A stretch of DNA of 64,000 nucleotides, from IMG/VR virus record IMGVR_UViG_3300020174_000004, positions 1-64,000 of that record. One strand, 5' to 3'. This document shows positions 27,252 to 39,200 of the stretch, piece by piece; positions within the stretch are counted from its first letter, which is position 1; each line of letters opens with the position of its first letter. A program made the translations under genes and the position numbers. Source of the DNA: a virus. The notes beneath the pieces are model-generated. The model saw only the letters and a program-made list of their open reading frames with translations, did not search any database and was not told where the DNA came from.

Positions 27252-28480
27252 TGGCAACAAGTCAAAGACCAGGCGACGTATTAATACCAAAAGTAGAATT
27301 GCAGGGAGAAGGTGGAAACATTAGATTTCCTGCAGAATCTATTTTGTGTGCAAATATTTATGAAAACATGATGAGCCTTGGAACCTTTGTAAAATTTTCA
27401 ATTACAGATACAAACGATTCTCTTGGTAATTTGAATTTAAGAAAAGGAGCATGGAAAGGCAAATTTCATTTTAATGCTCCTGGATCTACAATAAAAAAGC
27501 TAGATGATCTTAGATTAGAATCTATTAAAAAGGTTCAAGATATGGGATCTAATGGAGCAAAAGCATATGAGTTGACTTTATATTCTGCTCCACTATTAAC
27601 AAACCTTTCCAAACTTATTCAGAAAAAATACAATAAAACTATAGGAAATATAGTTAAAGACGTTGGTAAAGAAATTGGAATAACTAAATGGGAAGAATTT
27701 GAAGATACCAAAGGTGTTCAAGAATACTGGGCTTCAAATTTTAATGGTGATTATATTTTACACCAATTAAATAGAAGAGCAGTTTCAAATAACTCTAAGA
27801 GTTCTCTTTATTTTACTTTTGCTAATTATAAAGATGGAAAAGAAGTTTATAACTTTGTTACTATTGAAAAATTATTCAAACAAGAATCATTTAGAAAAAT
27901 GATTCATGAAAATGCTGGTGGTTCAAATTTAAGATATGAAGAAGAGAATGATGGCAGAATAATAAACTATGTTTATCCAAAAGTAAATTCATTATCACAA
28001 TTAATTATGGGTAACAGAAAACAGGAAACAAGAGAATCTGGACCTGGTAATCATCGTAATGAAAAGAAAGATTATACAAAAAAAGATACTGATTATACTT
28101 CAGGTGGAAATAAAACCAAACTTGGAAACATGAATGAGTATACTAAAAATATAGGTACAGCACATACAATTCCATCTGATAAATCATATTTACCTGATGA
28201 TTATCTAACAAAAGCATTTCCTGATAAACAATCTTATCTTTCATTTATTACTGATAATTGCTTAAATATTCAGGTGTATGGCGATTCTCAATATACAGCT
28301 GGAAAAATATTAGATATTAAAATTAATAGAAATGAAGGAACCACTGGACCACAAGAACCAGATCCACAACTTAATGGTAAAATGGTTATTGTTGGTGTGA
28401 ATCATGAGATAAGAGGAAATAGAACTTCTCCTAGGTATATATGTCACATGGATTGTTTAAAAGGCAGCCATCAAAAGTAG
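27251..28480 (+). CDS. Baseplate hub protein (gp27-like)
   Basis: Position between gp53 and gp5; IYENM, VYGDSQYTAG, GKMVIVGVNH. Confidence 0.6.
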   Translation: MATSQRPGDVLIPKVELQGEGGNIRFPAESILCANIYENMMSLGTFVKFSITDTNDSLGNLNLRKGAWKGKFHFNAPGSTIKKLDDLRLESIKKVQDMGSNGAKAYELTLYSAPLLTNLSKLIQKKYNKTIGNIVKDVGKEIGITKWEEFEDTKGVQEYWASNFNGDYILHQLNRRAVSNNSKSSLYFTFANYKDGKEVYNFVTIEKLFKQESFRKMIHENAGGSNLRYEEENDGRIINYVYPKVNSLSQLIMGNRKQETRESGPGNHRNEKKDYTKKDTDYTSGGNKTKLGNMNEYTKNIGTAHTIPSDKSYLPDDYLTKAFPDKQSYLSFITDNCLNIQVYGDSQYTAGKILDIKINRNEGTTGPQEPDPQLNGKMVIVGVNHEIRGNRTSPRYICHMDCLKGSHQK

Positions 28481-28488
28481 GATTATAA

Positions 28489-29874
28489 ATGGCGAGAATA
28501 GGCGAAAAATGGGTATGGTTTGATGCAAAAGTTATAAACGTCAAGGATCCACATAAATCCGGGCGGGTGCAGATTCGTGTCAAAGGTTATCATGATGATG
28601 AAACTAAGATTCCTGATAAGGATCTTCCATGGGCCCAAGTATTAATGCCTGTTACTTCAGCATCAATAAATAAGGTTGGTGGTTCTCCAACGGGGCTTTT
28701 ACCCAATTCTAGAGTAATTGGTTTTTGGTATGATGCTAATGATATGAGAATTCCATTTGTTATGGGATCTTATGTAAGTGCTGGTGAATTAGATAATAAT
28801 GGAAAAACACAAGGTGGAAAAACGCCTCCTAAAGAAAAAACTAATTCTGGAAATCCTTTAAATCGACCAAAAGGAAAAGATGATGCTGGCGGCGATAGAA
28901 ATCCAAAACCTTTACCAAATGCAATAGAAAAAAATAATGATCGTAAAGATGATACTTCTCTTGAAAAGAAAAGTATAACTAAAGTTGCTGCTGAAGGATT
29001 AAAAGCTCTAGATCTTAAAACAATTGGATCATTGGCTGGTGGTTTAAAAAAAGATGTACTTAATACAATTTCCAGTATTGATCCTTCAAATATAAGTGGG
29101 TCAATACCCAAAGCATTAACATCATTATTAAAAATTGATGCTTTATCTTCTCTTGGAAATGCAGCCGGTATATTTAATATGGCATCAACCGCTTTACAGG
29201 GGTTAATGTCTCAAGCAATTAATGATAAAGGTGGAACACAAAATGCCATAAATAATGTACTTAAAACTTTATTAACATTTATTGAATCAGAAGAATTTGA
29301 AAAATTAACTGAAGAAAATAAATTAATTGCATTAAAAGCAATAGAACAATTAACAAATAATCCAACAACATCACCTATTGATTCTACAATAAATTCAACA
29401 CAGATTTTAAGTTCTCTTACTAATGGAATTTCTAGTTCTAGTAATCCAAGTCAAGTAATTGATGCAGTTATAGAGCAAGGAATGAATCAAATATCATCAA
29501 GTTTTTTAAATATTCTTAATGGTAGAAATTTAACTGGTAATGTAATGAATACTTTGATTGGTAATCTTAATTCTATGTTATCATCTACTGGGCTTCAAGC
29601 AATGCTTGGTTCCGGTTTAAATGTTAATAATATACTTTCAGAAGCAACTAAGTTACTTGGTTCTACTGGAAGTAATATGATAAAAATAGTAACATCAAAT
29701 TTACCATCAACGGTTTTAGATGAAAATAAAATTAAAAAACCAATAGAAGATGCATTAAAAAATTTTGCAAGAGTAAAAAAGAAACAAGAACAAAACCCAA
29801 TGGCTACTAGTTTAAGTGAAAACATACAAAATGCTATAACAGCAATTACTGATTCATTTGCACAATTAGATTAG
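28489..29874 (+). CDS. 5: gp5 N-terminal part (OB-fold) with helical extension, no lysozyme
   Basis: DPHKSGRVQIRVKGYH, DLPWAQV, VIGFWYD. Confidence 0.8.
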   Translation: MARIGEKWVWFDAKVINVKDPHKSGRVQIRVKGYHDDETKIPDKDLPWAQVLMPVTSASINKVGGSPTGLLPNSRVIGFWYDANDMRIPFVMGSYVSAGELDNNGKTQGGKTPPKEKTNSGNPLNRPKGKDDAGGDRNPKPLPNAIEKNNDRKDDTSLEKKSITKVAAEGLKALDLKTIGSLAGGLKKDVLNTISSIDPSNISGSIPKALTSLLKIDALSSLGNAAGIFNMASTALQGLMSQAINDKGGTQNAINNVLKTLLTFIESEEFEKLTEENKLIALKAIEQLTNNPTTSPIDSTINSTQILSSLTNGISSSSNPSQVIDAVIEQGMNQISSSFLNILNGRNLTGNVMNTLIGNLNSMLSSTGLQAMLGSGLNVNNILSEATKLLGSTGSNMIKIVTSNLPSTVLDENKIKKPIEDALKNFARVKKKQEQNPMATSLSENIQNAITAITDSFAQLD

Positions 29875-29882
29875 GATTTATA

Positions 29883-30695
29883 ATGACTACAAAAGAAGAT
29901 GATCCTAGAAAACCAGAAACCACGTTTGATGGGGAATATCCACATATTCAATCTTTTCAAACATGGGGTGGACATACTTTAATATTTGATAACACACCCG
30001 GAAAAGAAACTATTCGCTTATCACACGGTGGAAACACCAACCCAGGTTCATATATAGAGTGGTCTGTTAATGGCAAAAAAGTAGAAGTTGTTAGAGATAA
30101 TTCTTTTAATTATACAAAAGGTGGTCAAACAACTTCTATTGATGGCGCAACTGATACTAAAGTAGCAAGCCATAGTAGAACAAGTGTAAGTGGCGGATCT
30201 CATAAAGAAGTAGCTGGAAAAGAGTCAAAAGCTGTTAAAGAAGGATCTACAGTACTAGCGGGTGGAACACAATCAACTGGGACTTTATCAGCATCGCCTG
30301 GTGGTGAGCATGATGATTTTACTTCAGGCAATAAAACTTCTGTTCATTCTGGTAATATGAATACCATGATTGAAGGTGATAATGTTTTAGTAGTTAATGG
30401 CAATCAAGTCTTTCAAAATAAAGGTGAAAGACTTGATACAATTCAAGATGGTAATTATTCAATATCAGTTGATGATGGAAACTTTAAAATAAAGTGTAAG
30501 AAATTTATTATTGAAGCTGAAGAAATTGTTTTTGGTGCAACACAAAAGAATATAACATTAGACAGTCAAAAAGCTCAGGTTATAATAAAATCTAAAAAAG
30601 GTATTATTACTAAGAGCGATATATTTGGAACATCCCTTGAAAAGAATCCTCCAGTTTTACCTGGTGGAAAAGACGGCAACGAGCCATTAAAATAA
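29883..30695 (+). CDS. gp5 C-terminal part (spike beta-helix)
   Basis: EYPHIQSFQTWGGH.LIFDNTPGKETIRLSH, then Gly-periodic beta repeats. Confidence 0.78.
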   Translation: MTTKEDDPRKPETTFDGEYPHIQSFQTWGGHTLIFDNTPGKETIRLSHGGNTNPGSYIEWSVNGKKVEVVRDNSFNYTKGGQTTSIDGATDTKVASHSRTSVSGGSHKEVAGKESKAVKEGSTVLAGGTQSTGTLSASPGGEHDDFTSGNKTSVHSGNMNTMIEGDNVLVVNGNQVFQNKGERLDTIQDGNYSISVDDGNFKIKCKKFIIEAEEIVFGATQKNITLDSQKAQVIIKSKKGIITKSDIFGTSLEKNPPVLPGGKDGNEPLK

Positions 30696-30707
30696 TAGGA
30701 GAGTAAT

Positions 30708-31139
30708 ATGGCTAGTAGAGCCGATTTTTTAACAGAAATTATAAAAAAGAAAGAAATATATTCTGATCTTCCTACCAATTTTGATCCAGATCCAAGAACA
30801 CAATCTCTTTCTAAAGTTACTAATGAAGATGCAGTTAAAAGATCATTAAAAAATCTTATTCTAACTCAGTTTGGCGAAAGATTTTTTCAACCAGAAATAG
30901 GTTCTAGAGTTCGTGAATTATTATTCGAAAATGCAACAAACACTGGAAATTTTTTATTAGAAAAACTTGATTCTGAAATAAGAAGAACAATAGAACAAAA
31001 AGAACCAAGAGTTCAATTAATAGATGTGCAAGTAAAATCATATCCTGATGATTATGGTTTGATAGTAAACATCATTTTTTCACTAATAAATAGTACGGAA
31101 CCAATTAATTTAGATGTAATTCTTAGAAGAGTAAGATAA
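30708..31139 (+). CDS. 25: Baseplate wedge gp25
   Basis: YSDL, AVKRSLKNLILT..GERFFQPEIGS, EPRV. Confidence 0.93.
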   Translation: MASRADFLTEIIKKKEIYSDLPTNFDPDPRTQSLSKVTNEDAVKRSLKNLILTQFGERFFQPEIGSRVRELLFENATNTGNFLLEKLDSEIRRTIEQKEPRVQLIDVQVKSYPDDYGLIVNIIFSLINSTEPINLDVILRRVR

Positions 31140-32959
31140 TGGCCAACACTACTCTAGGTCTAACAACTTTAGACTTTAATACATTAAAAGATAGTTTTAA
31201 AACTTACTTGAGGTCTCAAGAGAAGTATAAGGATTATGACTTTGAGTCATCAAACTTTAATGTTCTTTTGGATGTTCTTTCATACAATACATATATGAAT
31301 TCATTTTATCTTAATATGGTAAATTCTGAAATGTTTCTTGATTCAGCGCAATTAAGAAATTCCATTATATCACATGCAAAAGAATTAAATTATCTTCCAA
31401 GATCAAAAAGAAGTGCCAAGGCAACTCTAGATTTAGAGATTCCAACCGTTGGTATTGATACATTTACCATTCCAAAAGGCACAAGATTTAATGCTTCTTC
31501 TGGTTATGATAATTATGTTTTTACTACTGAAGAAGCTATAACATATCGTTCTTCAAATAATTATTTTGTTATTAGCAATCTTGATGTTTATGAAGGAAAT
31601 TATGTAGATCCAGCTGATACCTTTGTTATGGATTATAGAAAAGAAAATCCAATATTTACATTATCAAATGTTGGTGTTGATACTGAAAGTGTTAATGTTC
31701 TTGTATCAGAAGATAATGGTGTTACATATACAGAATATACATATGCTGAAACTCTGTTTAATTTAACGGATCAATCAAAAGTTTTCTTTATTCAAGGAGC
31801 TGATGATAATAAGTATTCAATATTCTTTGGTGATAATGTAATGTCATATAAACCAGCAGATGGTTCTATTGTGGTAGTTACATATAGAGTATCAAGTGGA
31901 TTGATTCCAACTGGAACTTACAATTTTAATCTTGATGATGATCTAGCATCATTTAATGAAGGAAATTATGGAGAAGGTGGTATCACTATTACAGTAGTTG
32001 ATCAACCAACTGGTGGTAGCGACGAAGAATCAAATGAATCAATTAGATTTAATGCACCAAGACATTTTCAAACTCAAGAACGCGCAATTACAAATGATGA
32101 TTATAGAATATTGGTTTTAAATAATTTTCCTGAAGTAAAAGCCGTTAATGTTTATGGTGGTGAATCAGTTACGGACACAGTTCAATTTGGTAAGGTATTT
32201 ATTATTCCTTCTACTTTTTCAGGAACTACTCTTACTGATTCGAAGAAAGCTGATATTGTTGAATTTTTAACAAATAGATCTTCTCTTAGTATTGAACCTG
32301 TTATAATTAATCCGGATTATCTGTATGTAACACTTAATACTAAAGTGTATGTAGATTTTTCAAGCACTGTATATTCCGGTGTACAAATAGAAAATCTAGT
32401 AAGAAGTGCTATTATAACATATAATGATGATTATCTTGAAGATTTTAATGTTGCTTTTAGATATTCAAGATTAACAGAATCAATATTAGATTCAACTGAT
32501 GGTATTATTAGTACTGAATCTGTTTTTCTAATGAAAAAAATAACAACACCTGTTCTTAATCAATCATTTGTTACTTCATTTTCCTTTAATAATCAGGTTG
32601 ATTCTGATGAACCAGTTCAATCTTCAAGATTTTCTTCTGCTGGAAAAACATATTATATCACCAATCAAGTAATAGATCCAACAACAAATAATATTTTGGA
32701 TTTAAATCCAAATACTTTATATAAAGTTGAAGTGACTGCTTCCGGTGTATTGGTTTATGAAACAGCTGGAACTATTAATTATATTACCGGCGATGTATCA
32801 CTCAATTCAATGATAATTAATTCATATCAAAATAATCCTGGATTGGTATTTACAGCTAAATCAATATCAGAAGATATCTATTCTAGAAAGAATGATATTA
32901 TTCTAATAAATACTTCAACAGATCTTAATGTAGAAATTACAGATTATAATAATCAATGA
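31139..32959 (+). CDS. 6: Baseplate wedge gp6
   Basis: LDFNTLK, DYDFESS, EMFLDSAQLR, FGDN, ESIRFNAP, QERAITNDDY. Confidence 0.93.
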   Translation: MANTTLGLTTLDFNTLKDSFKTYLRSQEKYKDYDFESSNFNVLLDVLSYNTYMNSFYLNMVNSEMFLDSAQLRNSIISHAKELNYLPRSKRSAKATLDLEIPTVGIDTFTIPKGTRFNASSGYDNYVFTTEEAITYRSSNNYFVISNLDVYEGNYVDPADTFVMDYRKENPIFTLSNVGVDTESVNVLVSEDNGVTYTEYTYAETLFNLTDQSKVFFIQGADDNKYSIFFGDNVMSYKPADGSIVVVTYRVSSGLIPTGTYNFNLDDDLASFNEGNYGEGGITITVVDQPTGGSDEESNESIRFNAPRHFQTQERAITNDDYRILVLNNFPEVKAVNVYGGESVTDTVQFGKVFIIPSTFSGTTLTDSKKADIVEFLTNRSSLSIEPVIINPDYLYVTLNTKVYVDFSSTVYSGVQIENLVRSAIITYNDDYLEDFNVAFRYSRLTESILDSTDGIISTESVFLMKKITTPVLNQSFVTSFSFNNQVDSDEPVQSSRFSSAGKTYYITNQVIDPTTNNILDLNPNTLYKVEVTASGVLVYETAGTINYITGDVSLNSMIINSYQNNPGLVFTAKSISEDIYSRKNDIILINTSTDLNVEITDYNNQ

Positions 32960-35900
32960 CCATTCAAAAAAATATATCACAATTCATAGAATCACAATTT
33001 CCAGCCTTTTATCAAGAAGAAGGGCCAGAATTTATTGCTTTTGTTAAGGCTTATTATGAATGGCTAGAAGGACAACAGAGATATAGATTAAATTTTGCTC
33101 CAAATTCTCATACATTAAAGCTTGAGAAAAAAGTAATAAAATTAACTGATCCAACATATAATCCATATATTGTTGAAACAAATAAAGTATATGTTGATGT
33201 ATTTGGTGAAATGAATTTTGAAGCTGAAGATACGCTATATCAAATTGATATCGAAACAGAATTTGATACTACAGTATCTATAACATCATCAAGTAAGAAT
33301 GTTGTTGGAGGTGCTGGAACTAAATTTCTATCTGATTTTACAACAAATGACTATATTAAAATTGGAAATACTGTAAAGCGGATAGATAGAATTATAACAA
33401 ATCAGCTTTTAGTTGTCAATAGCAACTGGGATGAAAATTTAACAAATGTTGAATATATTAAGTATAAATTATCAAACTCATTTGTAGTAAAAAGAGTTAT
33501 TAACAATCCCAATCCTATTGGAAAATCCAGAAATCTTTTAGAGTATAGAGACGTTGACAATACTTTAGAATTTTTTATAATGGATTTTAAGAAAAAATAC
33601 TTACATAGCATTCCTAATGATATTCTTGTTGATAAAAGATTTTTAACAAAACATATACTGGATCTTTATAGAACTAAAGGTACCAAAAGAGCATATGAAC
33701 TTCTTTTTAAAATATTATTTGATGAGGATATAGAACTTTATATTCCAGGTAATAATCTTTTTAAACCATCAGAAGCATCTTGGTTTGTTCCAAAATATAT
33801 TGAGGTAAATGATAATCCATTTATATCTCAATTAGTTGGCAAGGAAATATATGGTACAACTTCAAATGCACGAGCTGTTGTAGAATCTGTATTTAGAAAG
33901 ATTGTTAATCGCTCGGTTTATAATATTATAAATTTAAGCAATTTAAGAGGAAATTTTGTTTATGGTGAAATAGTTATTTCTCCAGAAATTTCTGGAATGA
34001 ATGCAGCAAACTCACCAAGAATTATTGGATCTTTATCTTCAGTATCAATTACCAGCGGCGGCGCTAATTACGAAATTGGTGATCTATTAAATATTGAAGG
34101 ATCTGGAACTGGCGGTATTGCAAGAGTTGCAGGAACTAAAGATGAAAATGGTAAAGTTACATTTACATTAATTAATGGTGGATCTGGTTTTTCAGTAAAT
34201 GCTAATGTTATTGTTGAAGGCGGTGGTGGAGCAGATGCAACTTTTCAAATTGGTGGTTTGGTAGATAAAGAAATTATTTCTATTTCTTTGGATGGTATTA
34301 ATGATTATGATGAAGCCGATCTTGAAGAAATGTTTTCCGGAGTTGATCTTGCTGTAACTGATGCGAATGAATTAGCAAATGCCGATTATGTATATGCTTC
34401 AGTTAATGTATATACAATTGATGTTGATCCAGTTCAAACATTAACTATTGGTGAAAAAGTTAATATAACAGGAAATACAGCAAATGCAATTGTTAACGAG
34501 TCATTTGGTAGTTATTTAACTTTAACTGATGTTCAAGGTACAATTTCATTAGGTGATACATTAACAGGAAATATTTCCGGTAATTATGTTGTTGTTAAAG
34601 CAAACTATGGAGAAAGTACCATTGAAGCAAACGGTACTATGGAATCAGCAAACACATCAAATAATGTAGTAAGATCTAATACCATTTACAGTTTTACAAC
34701 AACTAATATTATTGATGCTATAACAGTGTCAGATGGTGGTACTGGTTATATTAATTCTGAATCAGTAACATTTACAGGTGGCGGTGGATCTGGTGGTTTA
34801 GGTTATCTAACAACTGATTCTAATGGCACAATTATTGCTGTTGATTTAACTGAAGTTGGTTCTGGATATACTTCAGCACCAAGTGTTGATTTATCAAATA
34901 CTTCTGGATCTTCAGCAACGCTATTAGTTACAGTTATTAGAGAAGCAGGAAGATTTTTACCAAATACAACTGTGTATGGGTTATACGCAAATGGAGATGC
35001 TACCGGTGGATCTACAACTATTGAATCTATTCAAAGATTAACAGATTGGGAATTTGACGCATTAAATATTCCAGATGATGAAAATCTAGATACTACGCTT
35101 GAAAATACTTTAAGATATAGAACACTTGAAATTGGAACTATTTCATATCTTAAAAATATTAATCCAGGTGAAGGATATTCTTCAGACCCAACAGTTACTA
35201 TAATTGAACCTGATGTATATGATTTCAGAATTGATGATAATTTTGGCAATTCACCAGTAACATATAAAGGTTACAATGCAACTGTTACTGCTGATGCAGG
35301 AACTGCTAATGGTATAGTAACATCTATAGCTATTGTTGACTCTGGTGTTGGATATCAAAGACTTGAAGAAGTTTATCTATCTTCACCAAATAATCAAATA
35401 TCAGTTTATGGTAGAAGCATTATTGATAAGAATGGTGTTGGATCTGGTTATTGGAAAAATACAAAAAGCTTTACTTCGCATGACCAATATTTACAAGATT
35501 CAGATTATTATCAAGAATATTCATATGATATTATATCATCAAAAGCTAAAGCAACTTATGAAAAACTTGTAAAATCATTAATACATCCATCTGGTGTAAA
35601 ACTATTTGGTAGATTTAGAAACTCAAAATATATTGATACTGATGCATCAATCATATCAAATACGCATTATCAAAATGAAATAATTGAATTTAATGCTAAC
35701 ACTGATGTCGATAGTACTAATAATTTTATAACAATATCATCAAACCCATTTGTTAATAATGATTTAGTTTTATATACTTCAAGAGAATTAGATTATACAA
35801 ATACATCTCATTATGAAGTAACATTTAATGCTAACTCAGCTATTGATAATGCAAATGATTTTATAACTATATCCTCTAATCAATTGGTAAATAATAATAT

Positions 35901-36231
35901 AGTGTTTTATTCTACAAAATTAGATGGAACTGTGATATCTGGATTATCAAATGCTAATTATTATTATGTTGTTTCGGCTAATTCTACAGGAATAAAACTA
36001 TCTTCTACATATAATGGAAGTGTTATTAATATAACAAAAGGATTAACCGAAGAGCATATTATTATACAAAAACATCCTAGTGCAATAGATAGTTTAACTG
36101 ATGGCGATGAATATTATGTTGTTTCGGCTAATTCTACAGGAATAAAACTATCTGAAACAAGCAATGGTGATGTAATAGATATAACATCAGGGTTTAACGA
36201 GATTCACACTCTTTCAAAGATAACGGTGTAA
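32956..36231 (+). CDS. 7: Baseplate wedge gp7-like protein
   Basis: SQFPAF...FVKAYYEWLE, LYRTKGT, LQDSDYYQEYSY, HPSG. Confidence 0.85.
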   Translation: MTIQKNISQFIESQFPAFYQEEGPEFIAFVKAYYEWLEGQQRYRLNFAPNSHTLKLEKKVIKLTDPTYNPYIVETNKVYVDVFGEMNFEAEDTLYQIDIETEFDTTVSITSSSKNVVGGAGTKFLSDFTTNDYIKIGNTVKRIDRIITNQLLVVNSNWDENLTNVEYIKYKLSNSFVVKRVINNPNPIGKSRNLLEYRDVDNTLEFFIMDFKKKYLHSIPNDILVDKRFLTKHILDLYRTKGTKRAYELLFKILFDEDIELYIPGNNLFKPSEASWFVPKYIEVNDNPFISQLVGKEIYGTTSNARAVVESVFRKIVNRSVYNIINLSNLRGNFVYGEIVISPEISGMNAANSPRIIGSLSSVSITSGGANYEIGDLLNIEGSGTGGIARVAGTKDENGKVTFTLINGGSGFSVNANVIVEGGGGADATFQIGGLVDKEIISISLDGINDYDEADLEEMFSGVDLAVTDANELANADYVYASVNVYTIDVDPVQTLTIGEKVNITGNTANAIVNESFGSYLTLTDVQGTISLGDTLTGNISGNYVVVKANYGESTIEANGTMESANTSNNVVRSNTIYSFTTTNIIDAITVSDGGTGYINSESVTFTGGGGSGGLGYLTTDSNGTIIAVDLTEVGSGYTSAPSVDLSNTSGSSATLLVTVIREAGRFLPNTTVYGLYANGDATGGSTTIESIQRLTDWEFDALNIPDDENLDTTLENTLRYRTLEIGTISYLKNINPGEGYSSDPTVTIIEPDVYDFRIDDNFGNSPVTYKGYNATVTADAGTANGIVTSIAIVDSGVGYQRLEEVYLSSPNNQISVYGRSIIDKNGVGSGYWKNTKSFTSHDQYLQDSDYYQEYSYDIISSKAKATYEKLVKSLIHPSGVKLFGRFRNSKYIDTDASIISNTHYQNEIIEFNANTDVDSTNNFITISSNPFVNNDLVLYTSRELDYTNTSHYEVTFNANSAIDNANDFITISSNQLVNNNIVFYSTKLDGTVISGLSNANYYYVVSANSTGIKLSSTYNGSVINITKGLTEEHIIIQKHPSAIDSLTDGDEYYVVSANSTGIKLSETSNGDVIDITSGFNEIHTLSKITV
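35962..36153 (+). repeat. Two identical 42-bp direct repeats in gp7 3' end
   Basis: TATTATGTTGTTTCGGCTAATTCTACAGGAATAAAACTATCT at 35962-36003 and 36112-36153. Confidence 0.9.
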
Positions 36232-36234
36232 TAA

Positions 36235-39200
36235 ATGGCAGTCTTAACTATAAAACATGGTGTAAATCAAGCACAAGATTTTATTGATCATGTGTCAGCG
36301 CCAAATAATGCTCTTTATGTTTTTGTTGGCAAACCAACAGAATGGTCAAATGAACCAACACCTGATGTTGCAAATAATGATGTAAATCAGTTTGAACAAA
36401 AAATTTATCATGATATTGTTTTTGGAAAGAGAATAGAATCTACTGATGCAAAATCAATGATTAGAAGAATTAACTGGACTTCTAATACTGTTTATGATGA
36501 ATATAATCATTTGGATGGCGATTTATATACTAAAAACTTTTTTGTCATAACAAATGAAAATCTTGTTTTTAAATGCATTCATAATAATGAAGATGCTAAA
36601 TCAACTATAAAACCAAATCTAACAACAACATCAGGAACCTTTAAAACTACTGATGGTTATATTTGGAAATATATGTTTACCATTGATAGCGATTCCATGA
36701 ATAGATTTGCAACAAAGGATTATATTCCTGTTATTGCAAATACAATAGTAGAAGATAATGCAACTCCTGGATCAATTGATCATATTAATATAGTTAATGG
36801 TGGCACTAATTATCAAATATATGAAGTAGGCCAGGTTCAGAGATTAGCAAATAGTCAGGCCATAGTAATTTCTTCTGATGCTTCTGAAAATGATAACATT
36901 TATAATCTATCTTCAATTTACTTGAGTTCCGGTCTTGGTGGTAATCAAATTAGAAAAATTAAATCATATGATGGTTTGAATAAAATTATTATTCCATATG
37001 AAAAATTTGATACCTTTGTTAATATTAAGTTATCTAATATTTCTGATACATCAGAATTTTTGGTTGGTGAAAATATTTCTCAAGATATAACAAAGCTTAA
37101 TTATGTTTATTATACTGGGTATTTTACCGAAGGTGATGAAATTAAGCAAACTGATACTGATGCTCTTGGTTCTTTAATTATAGCAAACTCAAGCGTGTTT
37201 CAACTTTTTAGAAGCGGTGATACAGAATTTAATGCAACAGGTGATTATCCAGTATTTAATACGGCTACATCTGGACTTGAAACATCCAAAACTGGTACGG
37301 CCAGTATAACTGCTGCTTGCACGGTTATAACAGGCGTTGGCACATCTTTTGATACCGAATATGCAAATGACGAATTTATTAGAGTTGGGCATGCAAACAC
37401 AAATGCAAATATTAGAAGAATTAATGAAGTAACAAATTCAACACAAATTATAGTAAGTTTTGCTTTTGCTAATACACTATCTGCAAATGCACATTATAAA
37501 TTAGCTGATGCTTTTAGCATTGAAAGCAAATCAATTTTAAGTTCAAATGGTGAAATTGTTTATCGCAATCTTGATGGTGTCAGATTAACATATAATAATT
37601 CTATTACTTCATCTTCTGATTTTGTATTAGGTGAAACTATTGATATGGTTGATTCATCTAATAATAATCAATATGCAAATGGTATTATTTCATCAATTGA
37701 TGCAAATACAATTATTGTTTCTGATGTTAGTGGTGTATTTCAAGCATCAAATAATACAGTAGATTTATATGTAAAAGGAAAGACATCATTATCTAGAGCT
37801 CAAATTGATGATGTTGAAGATTATAAAAATATTACAATTATAGCAGATGATAGAAGTCTTGTTAATGGACAGAAAATTTTCTCTGATGGCGGCGCAAATG
37901 CTGTAGTAGAATCTACATTTTTTATTCCCAATGAGCAAACACAATATATAATCTCACCAACTGTTGCTATTACTGGTGATGGTTCAAATGCTCTTGCATA
38001 TTCAGTTGTTAATACTGGAGCAACATCAACAAATTCTGTTTACCAAATTGTTATGATAGATCCGGGATCTGGATATACTAACGCCACTATTACAATAACA
38101 AGTAATAGTGAATTTGGAAATGGAGCATCCGCTGAAGCATTTATTAGCCCAATACTTGGCCATGGCGCAAATGCACAAATTGAACTAGGTGCTGATAGAG
38201 TTGGAATTAGTACTAAGATAGGAACATTTTCTGAAGAACAATATAAAATATTACCCTATGGTGATTATAGAAAAATTGGTATAATTAGAAATCCATTATA
38301 TTCAACAACAAGTAATCCTACTCTTTGGCTACATTTAACTGATCTTGATAGAGTTAAATTGTTTATTGAAAATAGAAGTGATATTTTTACAACTGGTGAA
38401 ACAGTTTTACAGACATCATCAAATGCTACAGGAACTATTGTTTATAGTAATTCAACATATATGGAACTTAAAAACATAGTTGGCTCATTTGATGCTAATA
38501 CTGCTAATGATGATATAACTGGATTAGCATCCGGTGAAACCGCAAATGTTATTGCTGCTAATTCTTCATTGTTTACTGCTTCAGCTAATTCTATTTTTTA
38601 TCAGCAAGTAGTTGATAATAATGGACTCGGTGTCTATGGCGCTAATGGAATAATTACTCAAGTAGTTTCAAATACTTTAATTCGTGTATCAGATGTTGCT
38701 GGTAGATTGCAAAGTTCTCAACAAATAATTGAACCTTCAACTAATGCATATGCTACAGTTGAATATATCTATACTGCAAATAATTCACAAGATATAACCA
38801 ATAACTATGGCAAGTGGTTTAATCAAACTTCAAGAATTGGCATAAATAGTCAAACAGGTAATTATATTCTTTTTGAAAAGGTAATTCAAGAAACATCAAA
38901 TGCTTCTGGTATTATTATAAATTTGACTAATGAGCTTGATTTTACTCTTTCTTCAAACACTGGTGCTTTTATTGTAGGAGAAAGAATTGATAATACTACT
39001 ACAAGTGGAAATGCTGTGATTTTATTTGCCAATTCAACATATATAAAATTATCAGATGTTCAAGGAACATTTGAAGCCGGCGATGGATTTGATGGTCAAA
39101 GTTCTGGTGAGTCTGGTGTTGTGGATGAAGCATTTCCGGTTATTGTTGTTAATGATATTGAAAATAGATTCCAGAATGGTGATAACTTAATTATTGGTCA

